IMG/VR virus record: IMGVR_UViG_2872185964_000004
Reading direction: 5' to 3' (one strand)
Origin: a virus
Taxonomy: Duplodnaviria; Heunggongvirae; Uroviricota; Caudoviricetes
DNA: 17,968 nt
Positions 1 to 7,671 of the stretch are shown here, piece after piece; position 1 is the first letter of the stretch, and every line of letters starts with the position of its first letter. The translations under genes and the position numbers were made by a program. A model generated the notes under the pieces. That model was not told where the DNA came from. It did not search any database and saw nothing but the letters and a program-made list of their open reading frames with translations.

Positions 1-1461
1 ATGAAAAAATTACTGCGTCTTTTTTTCCCGCTCTCGCTGCGGGTACGTTTTCTGTTGGCAACGGCTGCGGTAGTACTGGTGCTTTCGCTTGCCTACGGAA
101 TGGTCGCGCTGATCGGTTATAGCGTCAGTTTCGATAAAACTACGTTTCGGCTGTTACGTGGCGAGAGCAATCTGTTCTATACCCTTGCGAAGTGGGAAAA
201 CAATAAGTTGCATGTCGAGTTACCCGAAAATATCGACAAGCAAAGCCCCACCATGACGCTAATTTATGATGAGAACGGGCAGCTTTTATGGGCGCAACGT
301 GACGTGCCCTGGCTGATGAAGATGATCCAGCCTGACTGGCTGAAATCGAATGGTTTTCATGAAATTGAAGCGGATGTTAACGATACCAGCCTCTTGCTGA
401 GTGGAGATCATTCGATACAGCAACAGTTGCAGGAAGTGCGGGAAGATGATGACGACGCGGAGATGACCCACTCGGTGGCAGTAAACGTCTACCCGGCAAC
501 ATCGCGGATGCCAAAATTAACCATTGTGGTGGTGGATACCATTCCGGTGGAGCTAAAAAGTTCCTATATGGTCTGGAGCTGGTTTATCTATGTGCTCTCA
601 GCCAATCTGCTGTTAGTGATCCCGCTGCTGTGGGTCGCCGCCTGGTGGAGTTTACGCCCCATCGAAGCCCTGGCAAAAGAAGTCCGCGAACTGGAAGAAC
701 ATAACCGCGAATTGCTCAATCCAGCCACAACGCGAGAACTGACCAGTCTGGTACGAAACCTGAACCGATTGTTAAAAAGTGAACGCGAACGTTACGACAA
801 ATACCGTACGACGCTCACCGACCTGACCCATAGTCTGAAAACGCCACTGGCGGTGCTGCAAAGTACGCTGCGTTCTCTGCGTAGTGAAAAGATGAGCGTC
901 AGTGATGCTGAGCCGGTAATGCTGGAGCAAATCAGCCGCATTTCACAGCAAATTGGCTACTACCTGCATCGTGCCAGTATGCGCGGCGGGACATTGCTCA
1001 GCCGCGAGCTGCATCCGGTCGCCCCACTGCTGGACAATCTCACCTCAGCGCTGAACAAAGTGTATCAACGCAAAGGGGTCAATATCTCTCTCGATATTTC
1101 GCCAGAGATCAGCTTTGTCGGTGAGCAGAACGATTTTGTCGAGGTGATGGGCAACGTGCTGGATAATGCCTGTAAATATTGCCTCGAGTTTGTCGAAATT
1201 TCTGCAAGGCAAACCGACGAGCATCTCTATATTGTGGTCGAGGATGATGGCCCCGGTATTCCATTAAGCAAGCGAGAGGTCATTTTCGACCGTGGTCAAC
1301 GGGTTGATACTTTACGCCCTGGGCAAGGTGTAGGGCTGGCGGTAGCCCGCGAAATCACCGAGCAATATGAGGGTAAAATCGTCGCCGGAGAGAGCATGCT
1401 GGGCGGTGCGCGGATGGAGGTGATTTTTGGTCGCCAGCATTCTGCGCCGAAAGATGAATAA
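1..1461 (+). CDS. phoQ: Two-component sensor histidine kinase PhoQ
   Basis: 486-aa ORF with N-terminal TM segment, periplasmic acidic patch (EDDDDAEM), second TM, H-box ([10 protein letters not shown]) and HATPase motifs ([21 protein letters not shown]). Matches E. coli PhoQ as I recall it; ATG start at position 1. Confidence 0.97.
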   Translation: MKKLLRLFFPLSLRVRFLLATAAVVLVLSLAYGMVALIGYSVSFDKTTFRLLRGESNLFYTLAKWENNKLHVELPENIDKQSPTMTLIYDENGQLLWAQRDVPWLMKMIQPDWLKSNGFHEIEADVNDTSLLLSGDHSIQQQLQEVREDDDDAEMTHSVAVNVYPATSRMPKLTIVVVDTIPVELKSSYMVWSWFIYVLSANLLLVIPLLWVAAWWSLRPIEALAKEVRELEEHNRELLNPATTRELTSLVRNLNRLLKSERERYDKYRTTLTDLTHSLKTPLAVLQSTLRSLRSEKMSVSDAEPVMLEQISRISQQIGYYLHRASMRGGTLLSRELHPVAPLLDNLTSALNKVYQRKGVNISLDISPEISFVGEQNDFVEVMGNVLDNACKYCLEFVEISARQTDEHLYIVVEDDGPGIPLSKREVIFDRGQRVDTLRPGQGVGLAVAREITEQYEGKIVAGESMLGGARMEVIFGRQHSAPKDE

Positions 1462-1539
1462 ATATGTCCTTTTATCACCATATCAAGACAAACCATTGAT
1501 TTAATTAAATAATCTTCACTGCAAAAAGTGCCAAAAATC

Positions 1540-2035
1540 GCAAATTGACTACACCATTAACTACACCGTTCGGTGCACCGTATGAAACAACGTGGAACAA
1601 ATAGACACAAGAAATATACAGGCGGATCATCTTTCCAGGGGAAGCGCACCAATTCATGAGGGGCGTTAATGTCTATATGGGGATCCCCACCTACCGGAAT
1701 TTTTTTCCGGTTAAACGTTAATCAGGCTGGTGGGCTTTACCTGTTCGGTAGGTGTTATGATTATCGTAATACCTTTCCCCAATGGGGTAAAAGCATCAAC
1801 CGTAACGAAAGTCGTTATGGTTGCCACTGATACCCCAAATTTGGGTATCACGAGTAAGCCCCAAAATCTGGGTGTTACTCTTACTACCCAAACTACGGGT
1901 AGTTTCCGTAGTTTCATGGTCGAGTTGCAGATCTGCAACTCCCCCATTAACCACAGGCGAATTTCCGCCTTCGGTCATTCCTTAATCATCTGCGTAATCA
2001 TAATGATTATTCAGCAAGCGCAATTTTGCGCTTTG
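1540..2035. other. Palindrome-dense non-coding tract between phoQ and the packaging operon (candidate att/pac/ori or structured RNA region)
   Basis: Direct repeats ACTACACC (1548-1555, 1560-1567). Perfect or near-perfect dyads: CGGTGCACCG 1571-1580, TGGGGATCCCCA 1678-1689, CCGGAA-ttttt-TTCCGG 1694-1710, TAACGA-aag-TCGTTA 1803-1817, CCCAAATTTGGG 1834-1845, AAACTACGG-7nt-CCGTAGTTT 1890-1914, GAGTTGCAGATCTGCAACTC 1922-1941, AGGCG-6nt-CGCCT 1955-1970, TAATCAT-a-ATGATTA 1995-2009, AAGCGCAA-tt-TTGCGCTT 2016-2033. The ORFs in the track here overlap each other on both strands and look non-coding. Confidence 0.6.
1584..1613 (+). repeat. Three 10-bp-phased GAACAA-type repeats (site A); shares the 15-mer AACAACGTGGAACAA with site B
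   Basis: GAAACAAcgt / GGAACAAata / GACACAAgaa at an exact 10-bp period; 1586-1600 is identical to 9045-9059. Confidence 0.55.
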
Positions 2036-2195
2036 CTTAAAGTTCAGCGAGTTACCGCGCCGACTTCCTCAAATTGAGGTTTCCGAAAATATCAGCGGGT
2101 TAGCGATTAAGCTGACCATTAATTAAACTGCGAAAATGTCGTAGTTGTGAGGGGTGTAGCCAACCCATTTTTGGGCCGTCGGGAATATCAACCAG

Positions 2196-2477
2196 TTACC
2201 GCCGCAACCGCTCCGGCTTCTTCCAGTGGTACGTTATTTTCTCCTTCTCCCGATACATCTCCACGCGGCGACGGTAGGCCAGCAACTCAAGAACTCTGGT
2301 TCGTATGTTGCGCATATCCACGCCATTAAGTTCTATACCATCACGGCGCATCACCTCAGCAACAACACGCGCATAGTTTTCGGCTGTCACGCTGTCCGGC
2401 TGCGTGGCCTGTTCGTCAGCCTGCTGGCTGATTCCGGCAACGCGGCGGATTAATCCCGTTATTTCGGCTTCTGTCAT
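2196..2477 (-). CDS. Hypothetical protein (93 aa), last gene of the head/packaging operon
   Basis: ATG at 2477 preceded by TGAGGT Shine-Dalgarno; starts 11 nt after the TerL stop; no recognisable motifs. Confidence 0.5.
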   Translation of the reverse strand: MTEAEITGLIRRVAGISQQADEQATQPDSVTAENYARVVAEVMRRDGIELNGVDMRNIRTRVLELLAYRRRVEMYREKEKITYHWKKPERLRR

Positions 2478-2490
2478 GCTGCTGACCTCA

Positions 2491-4152
2491 TTACACCCCG
2501 CTAAATTCTTCCAGTTTCTGGCGGTGGCTGTCGCTTATATCAAAAGCAAAATCCTCATGCTCTGCCTGGAATGTACCAAACGCCATCAGCGCCGCCACGC
2601 TCGGGTCTATCTTGTTCGGTGATTTTTTCTTGTTCGGCTTGATATTGGCGTTCGCGTCACTCTGCATCACGACGTTACTCATCGACCAGGACAACACCGG
2701 ATCGCCACGATGCACAATCACCCTGCGGTTAACAAAAACTTCGAACGATTTCGCCGCCGGACTGAATCTGAGGTAGGTTTGCGGGAACGGCTCCACCTCA
2801 AAACCTGCCCCCTGTAATTGCGTTCTGAGATGCGTGGCGTTCCACGTATCAAAGCCCACCAGCCTGATATTAAATTTCTCCGCGTCCTGCATGATGTCAT
2901 CTCTGATCCGGTCGTAATCAATGCAGTCGCCAGGCGTTGTGCGTATCCAGCCTGCTTTAGCCCACTGACGATAGATGGCGCGGTTTTTATTGGCGGGGTT
3001 CTGTAGCTGGAACTCCGGCAGATAATGACGGGAAACCAGCATAATGGTTTTACCTACCGGAAAGGCATAGCACACGCTGGAAATATCGCTTGTGGATGAT
3101 AAATCCAGCCCCGCGTAACACTCCTGGCCGTGTAAATCTTCCTCCGTGAACGTTCCGGCACACTCAGCCCATGCGCCGTTACCCATCCACGGGGTAGTCC
3201 CCTGACACCAGATATTAAATCGCTTTGTCATCATCTCCACCCACTGCGACGGAATACCCCGCGCTTTCTGGATGGTTGAGGCCAGTTTTTCACGATCCAC
3301 GGAAACATCAATATTAGGGTTCGCTTTTATCCACATCGCCGGATCATCAACCTCGTTTTCGTCGTCCAGTTCGTAAATCAGTACAAAAATTGAATCGTTG
3401 ACCTCTTCGCCGTCCAGGATCTGGCAGCAATAATCATAGTGCTGCTTACAGGCTGAAACGACGTTACTGCCTGATGTGGTAATGGCAAATAACAGCCCTT
3501 CGGGACGTGCGCCCATCCCCAGCTCAAGCGCGGAATAAACGCCGTTATCGGGGTGTAGGTGGTATTCGTCCACGATGGAAAGGCTGGGGTTTGTTCCCTC
3601 GATGGTTGCCGCTTTTGCTGCCAGCGGCTTTAACAGGCTGTTGCTTTTCGGGTGTATCACCTTATGCGCCTGAATATTCACCCGCCTGCGTAACGGTCGG
3701 GATAAAAGGCACATCTGACGCGCATCATCAAAGACGATCCGCGCCTGGTCACGGCTCACCGCTGCGGTGTAAATATCCTGCTGACCGTTCTCCATAATCA
3801 GAAACCAGTTAGCCAGAATCGCGGCGGTCGTGGATTTCGCATTTTTGCGCGGCACTTCGATAAAGGCGCTCGTGTATTTGCGCCGTCCGGTGGCCTTAAC
3901 CTTAAAGCCGAGGATGCACGCAAAGGCGAACTGCTGCCACGGCTCCAGCTCAATGGGTCTGCCACGCATCGGTCCTTTTACGTGCGGGCACACCCTGGAA
4001 AAGGCAATAAACCGCTCCACAACCTCACGATCGAACGTGTAAAGGGGGCTTTTAAGATCCGAAAAGTACCGTTTAACGGCCTGTTTCAGCCGTTTACAGG
4101 CCGGAATTTTGCCCGTTTTTACGTCTTCTGCGTACTTATTCCAGGCGGTCAA
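2491..4152 (-). CDS. terL: Terminase large subunit (Terminase_1-type ATPase/nuclease)
   Basis: 553-aa ORF; Walker A-like VPRKNAKST; typical TerL length. Apparent TTG start at 4152 with AAGAGGA Shine-Dalgarno, overlapping the TerS 3' end by 17 nt. Confidence 0.9.
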   Translation of the reverse strand: MTAWNKYAEDVKTGKIPACKRLKQAVKRYFSDLKSPLYTFDREVVERFIAFSRVCPHVKGPMRGRPIELEPWQQFAFACILGFKVKATGRRKYTSAFIEVPRKNAKSTTAAILANWFLIMENGQQDIYTAAVSRDQARIVFDDARQMCLLSRPLRRRVNIQAHKVIHPKSNSLLKPLAAKAATIEGTNPSLSIVDEYHLHPDNGVYSALELGMGARPEGLLFAITTSGSNVVSACKQHYDYCCQILDGEEVNDSIFVLIYELDDENEVDDPAMWIKANPNIDVSVDREKLASTIQKARGIPSQWVEMMTKRFNIWCQGTTPWMGNGAWAECAGTFTEEDLHGQECYAGLDLSSTSDISSVCYAFPVGKTIMLVSRHYLPEFQLQNPANKNRAIYRQWAKAGWIRTTPGDCIDYDRIRDDIMQDAEKFNIRLVGFDTWNATHLRTQLQGAGFEVEPFPQTYLRFSPAAKSFEVFVNRRVIVHRGDPVLSWSMSNVVMQSDANANIKPNKKKSPNKIDPSVAALMAFGTFQAEHEDFAFDISDSHRQKLEEFSGV

Positions 4153-4492
4153 GCTCGTCCTCTTCTTCTGTTTCCGGTGGATTTTTACGGCGGCTTACCG
4201 GGTCAAAACCGAGCAAGGAGGCCATTTTTATCATCACTCTTTCAGCGTCGGATTTTGCGCTTAATGCGGGGTTTCTGCTCTCGCCGCCCTGACTGTTAAC
4301 AATGCTGAACCCGCGCGCCGCAAGGTCTGCGACGGCTTTGCGGTATATCGAGTAATTGACGCAATACAGTTCCAGATTGCTCCAGTCGGCGGGGGTCAGG
4401 TCTCCCCGTTCCGCAAGCTGCCGCGATTTTTCCCGCCACTGCTTCACGGCGATGTCATCCAGGTAGGCGGGGGCTTTCGGTGGTCTTGCCAT
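4136..4492 (-). CDS. terS: Terminase small subunit (P27-family-like)
   Basis: 118-aa ORF directly upstream of and overlapping terL; N-terminal basic region and acidic C-terminal tail (ETEEEDELDRLE) typical of small terminases; ATG at 4492. Confidence 0.78.
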   Translation of the reverse strand: MARPPKAPAYLDDIAVKQWREKSRQLAERGDLTPADWSNLELYCVNYSIYRKAVADLAARGFSIVNSQGGESRNPALSAKSDAERVMIKMASLLGFDPVSRRKNPPETEEEDELDRLE

Positions 4493-4613
4493 GCTTATTT
4501 TTCGTCAGATTATTTTTCAAAAAATTCCCGTGCATAAAAATTTGAGGAGGCGTTCGGTGCCCGGCGGGGTCGGGTTTGTCCTGAAAACGCCCCCACCCCG
4601 TCATACAGCCTCA

Positions 4614-4787
4614 TCAGCGATTGCGGAAACATTCCATAACCTCGCGGTCACGGTCGGTTAATCGCTTCGCTGTGATGCGTTCTGCGCGTCCTGACGCTTT
4701 ATCTTTATGCCCTGTTTCCTGTGTCTTCCATGCGTCACGCTGCCTTATAAGTCCACGGATAAGGCGGTTTTGTTCCCGCTCATTCAT
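4614..4787 (-). CDS. Putative small basic protein (57 aa) in the HNH-terS interval; uncertain
   Basis: ATG at 4787 overlaps the HNH stop by 4 nt (ATGAATGA). Product MNEREQNRLIRGLIRQRDAWKTQETGHKDKASGRAERITAKRLTDRDREVMECFRNR. The longer 134-aa ORF in the track overlaps HNH and is rejected. Confidence 0.25.
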   Translation of the reverse strand: MNEREQNRLIRGLIRQRDAWKTQETGHKDKASGRAERITAKRLTDRDREVMECFRNR

Positions 4788-5220
4788 CAGCGTCATACAT
4801 CCAGTTATTGCGGTTAGCGGCCCGTTCTTCCTCTTCACGAAATCCACCTGCGGCACGCTTGCTTTTTGTTGCCGGATCAAGCCACTTCGTTTTCTGGTTA
4901 TGACACGCCTGGCACAATGGCTGATGGTTCCATTCGGGCCAGAAGAGAACATCATCACCGCCATTAATCGGGATAATGTGATCCACCACCACGGCGGGCG
5001 TATATATCCCCTTCTCAAGGCATCGCACGCATAACGGGTTTTTACTCAGATACATGGCGCGGTATTTTTCCCACTGTCTGGAGTACCCACGCGCGCGGCG
5101 GTGTCCTCGTCTGGCATCCTCTGCACGCCATGCCGCCCGCCTGTGCTCCTCACACTTGCCGGACTTAACGCGCCTGTTACAGCCTGGTTCTGTACATCGT
5201 CTTAATGGTTGCCACGGCAT
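4780..5220 (-). CDS. HNH endonuclease (terminase-associated, HK97 gp74-like position)
   Basis: 146 aa; Cys-rich zinc-finger-like N-terminus (CTEPGCNRRVKSGKCEEH) and HNH core (VVDHIIPINGGDD...WNHQPLCQACHNQKT); sits directly upstream of terS as in cos-type HK97-like phages. Confidence 0.9.
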   Translation of the reverse strand: MPWQPLRRCTEPGCNRRVKSGKCEEHRRAAWRAEDARRGHRRARGYSRQWEKYRAMYLSKNPLCVRCLEKGIYTPAVVVDHIIPINGGDDVLFWPEWNHQPLCQACHNQKTKWLDPATKSKRAAGGFREEEERAANRNNWMYDADE

Positions 5221-5516
5221 CAGTACACCCCCACATCACGGTAAGCCGTCCAGAGCGCGCCAATCGTCATGGGTACGCGCGTTTTTGCGTTATCCACTAC
5301 CAGCTGGCGATTCTCGTACAGGTGAGCGATAAACATCATGCAGCCAATCTTTATGGCTGGCGTGAACTCCAGCCCGTCATCAAAGCGCCTGCCTATATGT
5401 ATCTGGCACGCCTCAAGCGATGCGGCAATGTATCCGCTGATTAACTGGTCTTCCTCGTCGCCATCGATGCGGCAATGGAGTTTCACTTCTTCCAGGGTGA
5501 TAAGTTCTTCTGTCAT
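5220..5516 (-). CDS. Head-tail connector / DNA-packaging protein (gp6-like, Phage_connect_1-type)
   Basis: 98 aa; N-terminal signature LITLEEVKLHCRIDGDEEDQLISGYIAAS typical of gp6-like connectors; its ATG overlaps the upstream stop (ATGA at 5513-5516). Confidence 0.72.
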   Translation of the reverse strand: MTEELITLEEVKLHCRIDGDEEDQLISGYIAASLEACQIHIGRRFDDGLEFTPAIKIGCMMFIAHLYENRQLVVDNAKTRVPMTIGALWTAYRDVGVY

Positions 5517-5851
5517 TTTTCCGCGCCCTCACGACAAAGAATTTCAAGGCGTGTCCTGGCGGCATCCGGCAGCGGTTGCCCGATGATATTCAGTACACGC
5601 CCCGCCAGCGGCCCCGTATTGACCTTTATCCGGCTGGTGGCGTTGATGTCCTTCCGGTACCGTATCCAGATCCTTACGGTACCAATCGCCAGCTCTGCAC
5701 CCGATGAAATGGCCTCCTTGCTGCTGATCATGTTCACGCTTGCCCAGAGTGTGTGACCGTCCTCCCACGTTTCGAGTATTTCGCCGGTTATATCCCTGGT
5801 CTGTTTCAGGGTCTGAATCGTTACCCTGTCACGCAGTCGCCCTATGTTCAT
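5513..5851 (-). CDS. Head-closure / head-tail adaptor protein
   Basis: 112 aa starting MNIGRLRDRVTIQ (head-closure family N-terminal signature); its ATG overlaps the portal stop (ATGA at 5848-5851). Confidence 0.72.
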   Translation of the reverse strand: MNIGRLRDRVTIQTLKQTRDITGEILETWEDGHTLWASVNMISSKEAISSGAELAIGTVRIWIRYRKDINATSRIKVNTGPLAGRVLNIIGQPLPDAARTRLEILCREGAEK

Positions 5852-7059
5852 TCCGGCTTTTCTCCCTCGCTGATTTTTACTTCCTGTTTCCATGCCTGGC
5901 TGAACTCATCACCACCATCACGCGGGGACAGCCCTTCACGTTCGCGGGCTTCGTTCGGGCACATAACGCCGGATTTGATGCCGCGTTCATAGGTGGCAAA
6001 GCGTTCGCCAGGTGTGGCCCGTAACAGGTCCGCGCTGTCAAACTCCACCTGATACCGGATACCAGGTACAGGTGAGGCCACCAGCAGGGCGTTTTTTATC
6101 TGCTGCTCAAAGTTCGCCAGCCACGGGCGCATCGTCATGGTGAGAAATGCGCGGCTTGCCTCGCTGAAATTGCTGTAGGTGCTGTTGCTGTATTCCTGCA
6201 GAAAAATCGGCGAGACGTTGAACATTCGGGCGATGTCTTCAATGGTGAAGCGACGGGAGGCCAGCCATTCAGCATCCTGATTACTCATGCCCAGCTGCTG
6301 ATAGCTCATACCCCCTTCAAGGATGGGCGTTTTTCCGGCGTTTCTGGCCCCTTTGTAGCGTTCCAGTGCGGCTAATGCCTGTTTGCCCTTCACGCCGTCC
6401 AGCCATTCGCCTGACGTGATAACCCCTGCCGCCATCATGCCATCACGCATCACGCTCGCGCCGTGGCGCTGTTGGGCCAGCCCAAGCCCCAGCGATTCTC
6501 GGCAGATGGTTACAGGTGAGCGCCCCATAAAACCGTCATCCGTGGAGTAACGAAGGTGGAGAACCTCCCACGGTAAATAGTTGCGGGTGTTTCCGGTGTA
6601 GGCGTCAGTGATGCAGTAGCGCCAGTTATGCTCACCTGTCTGCTCAACGTTCACCGACTGCGGCGGGTAAGGATGCAAAGCGACCGGAAAACCATCACGC
6701 CCCCACTGAATCACCGCATAAGCATTACCGTTTAACAGGCAGTGGCGGATCATCATTCGCTTAAACTGGTAGGGGGTTTGCCATGCGTTCGGGCGCTCGT
6801 TGAGGATGTGATCGACCGGATGAGAATCAAGCCACTCGCGGGCCTCCTTCCCCTTCTCATTGCGTACCAGGTACAGGTAACACGGCATGGTAGCCACCGC
6901 CTCAGAGATGACCGTCACGGCATTCATGACGGCGGGCAGTGATTCCGCTGTCCCCGATGATACGTACTCACCCGCCCCCGTGTTCGATGTGCCAGCCAGC
7001 GCCATAAACTCATCAAGCGTCATGCTGCGCTGCTCTTTTTTTCTTCTGAAAGGCCACAT
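5848..7059 (-). CDS. Portal protein (HK97-family)
   Basis: 403 aa, typical portal size and composition; ATG at 7059 lies 1 nt after the protease stop. Confidence 0.88.
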   Translation of the reverse strand: MWPFRRKKEQRSMTLDEFMALAGTSNTGAGEYVSSGTAESLPAVMNAVTVISEAVATMPCYLYLVRNEKGKEAREWLDSHPVDHILNERPNAWQTPYQFKRMMIRHCLLNGNAYAVIQWGRDGFPVALHPYPPQSVNVEQTGEHNWRYCITDAYTGNTRNYLPWEVLHLRYSTDDGFMGRSPVTICRESLGLGLAQQRHGASVMRDGMMAAGVITSGEWLDGVKGKQALAALERYKGARNAGKTPILEGGMSYQQLGMSNQDAEWLASRRFTIEDIARMFNVSPIFLQEYSNSTYSNFSEASRAFLTMTMRPWLANFEQQIKNALLVASPVPGIRYQVEFDSADLLRATPGERFATYERGIKSGVMCPNEAREREGLSPRDGGDEFSQAWKQEVKISEGEKPE

Positions 7060-7060
7060 A

Positions 7061-7519
7061 TCACACCCCCGCTAAATCCGCCCACCAGCGGCGATTATCC
7101 GCACGCGGCATTTTTTCGGGGTGCTGCTCATACAGGGAACGGCGGGCCAGCTCCACGTCGGAATCAGGGTAAGCCGGTACGGATGTAACGGTAATTTCGT
7201 ACAGTTCCGCCACCAGCACGGTGCGCACGCATGGATCTGTTGTGGTATCCCATACATCCTTACGGGAACGAAAGCCAAAGCTCATGCCGGATATATCACC
7301 TCGTTTAACCAGTTCGATAACGTCGCGCCCTGTACTGGTATCCGGTGGGGTCAGTTCAAAGCGTAACCCTGTTTCGTCCTCTTCCAGTTTCAGCGTGCCG
7401 GAACGGGTGCGCCCCAGTAACATGCTGTGGTCATGCTCATACAGGCCGCGAACGTCATTACCCGCCGCAAGCCATTCAGTAAACGCCCCCCGCTGGAATT
7501 TTTCGTAAAACTCACCCAT
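7061..7519 (-). CDS. Prohead protease (HK97 family, S78 peptidase); N-terminus apparently displaced into another frame
   Basis: 152-aa ORF with protease core motifs (GEFYEKFQRGAF, HDHSMLLGRT, GTLKLEEDETGL, SFGF). The expected N-terminus (MKSMEIRSSEITTSGAGTLTGYIVCWDKLSELL) is encoded in a different frame at 7520-7617. Confidence 0.85.
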   Translation of the reverse strand: MGEFYEKFQRGAFTEWLAAGNDVRGLYEHDHSMLLGRTRSGTLKLEEDETGLRFELTPPDTSTGRDVIELVKRGDISGMSFGFRSRKDVWDTTTDPCVRTVLVAELYEITVTSVPAYPDSDVELARRSLYEQHPEKMPRADNRRWWADLAGV

Positions 7520-7641
7520 AACAGTTCTGAAAGCTTATCCCAGCAAACAATGTAGCCCGTCAGCGTACCGGCTCCGCTGGTGGTGATTTCCGATGACCGG
7601 ATTTCCATACTCTTCATAATTTTTTCACCCATAAAACACTA

Positions 7642-7661
7642 AAGGGGCTTTTAAGCCCCTT
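7642..7661 (-). terminator. Stem-loop between the major capsid and protease genes (possible attenuator or mRNA stabiliser)
   Basis: On the minus strand: AAGGGGCTT-AA-AAGCCCCTT followed by TTTAGTGTTTTAT, in the 39-nt gap after the capsid stop. Confidence 0.35.
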
Positions 7662-7671
7662 CTGTATGCTG

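Noticed and set aside
1540-2035. Retron msr/msd or CRISPR array as an explanation for the inverted repeats
   Set aside because: No reverse transcriptase gene nearby, and the repeats are dissimilar palindromes rather than identical direct repeats with unique spacers.
1711-2077. Three mutually overlapping ORFs (1711-1947 -, 1730-2077 +, 1796-1978 -) in the palindromic tract
   Set aside because: They overlap on both strands, have no Shine-Dalgarno or plausible starts, and show repetitive T/V/G-rich translations; the open frames are a by-product of the palindromic, stop-poor sequence.
1462-2195. tRNA or tmRNA gene as the integration target
   Set aside because: No cloverleaf-compatible sequence with conserved T-loop (GGTTCGAATCC-like) or CCA-proximal features was found by eye on either strand; not excluded without a tRNA-scanning tool.
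2147-4299. Multiple 60-105-aa ORFs on the + strand inside terL and terS
   Set aside because: Antisense or alternate-frame ORFs within strongly supported terminase genes; typical spurious ORFs in GC-balanced coding sequence.
4614-5034. 134-aa (-) and 137-aa (+) ORFs overlapping the HNH gene
   Set aside because: Both overlap the well-supported HNH endonuclease gene in alternative frames or strands; only the short portion downstream of the HNH stop is kept, as a low-confidence small ORF.
7519-7632. Programmed -1 ribosomal frameshift in the prohead protease
   Set aside because: No slippery X-XXY-YYZ heptamer or downstream pseudoknot at the frame junction; an indel mutation or sequencing error is more likely.
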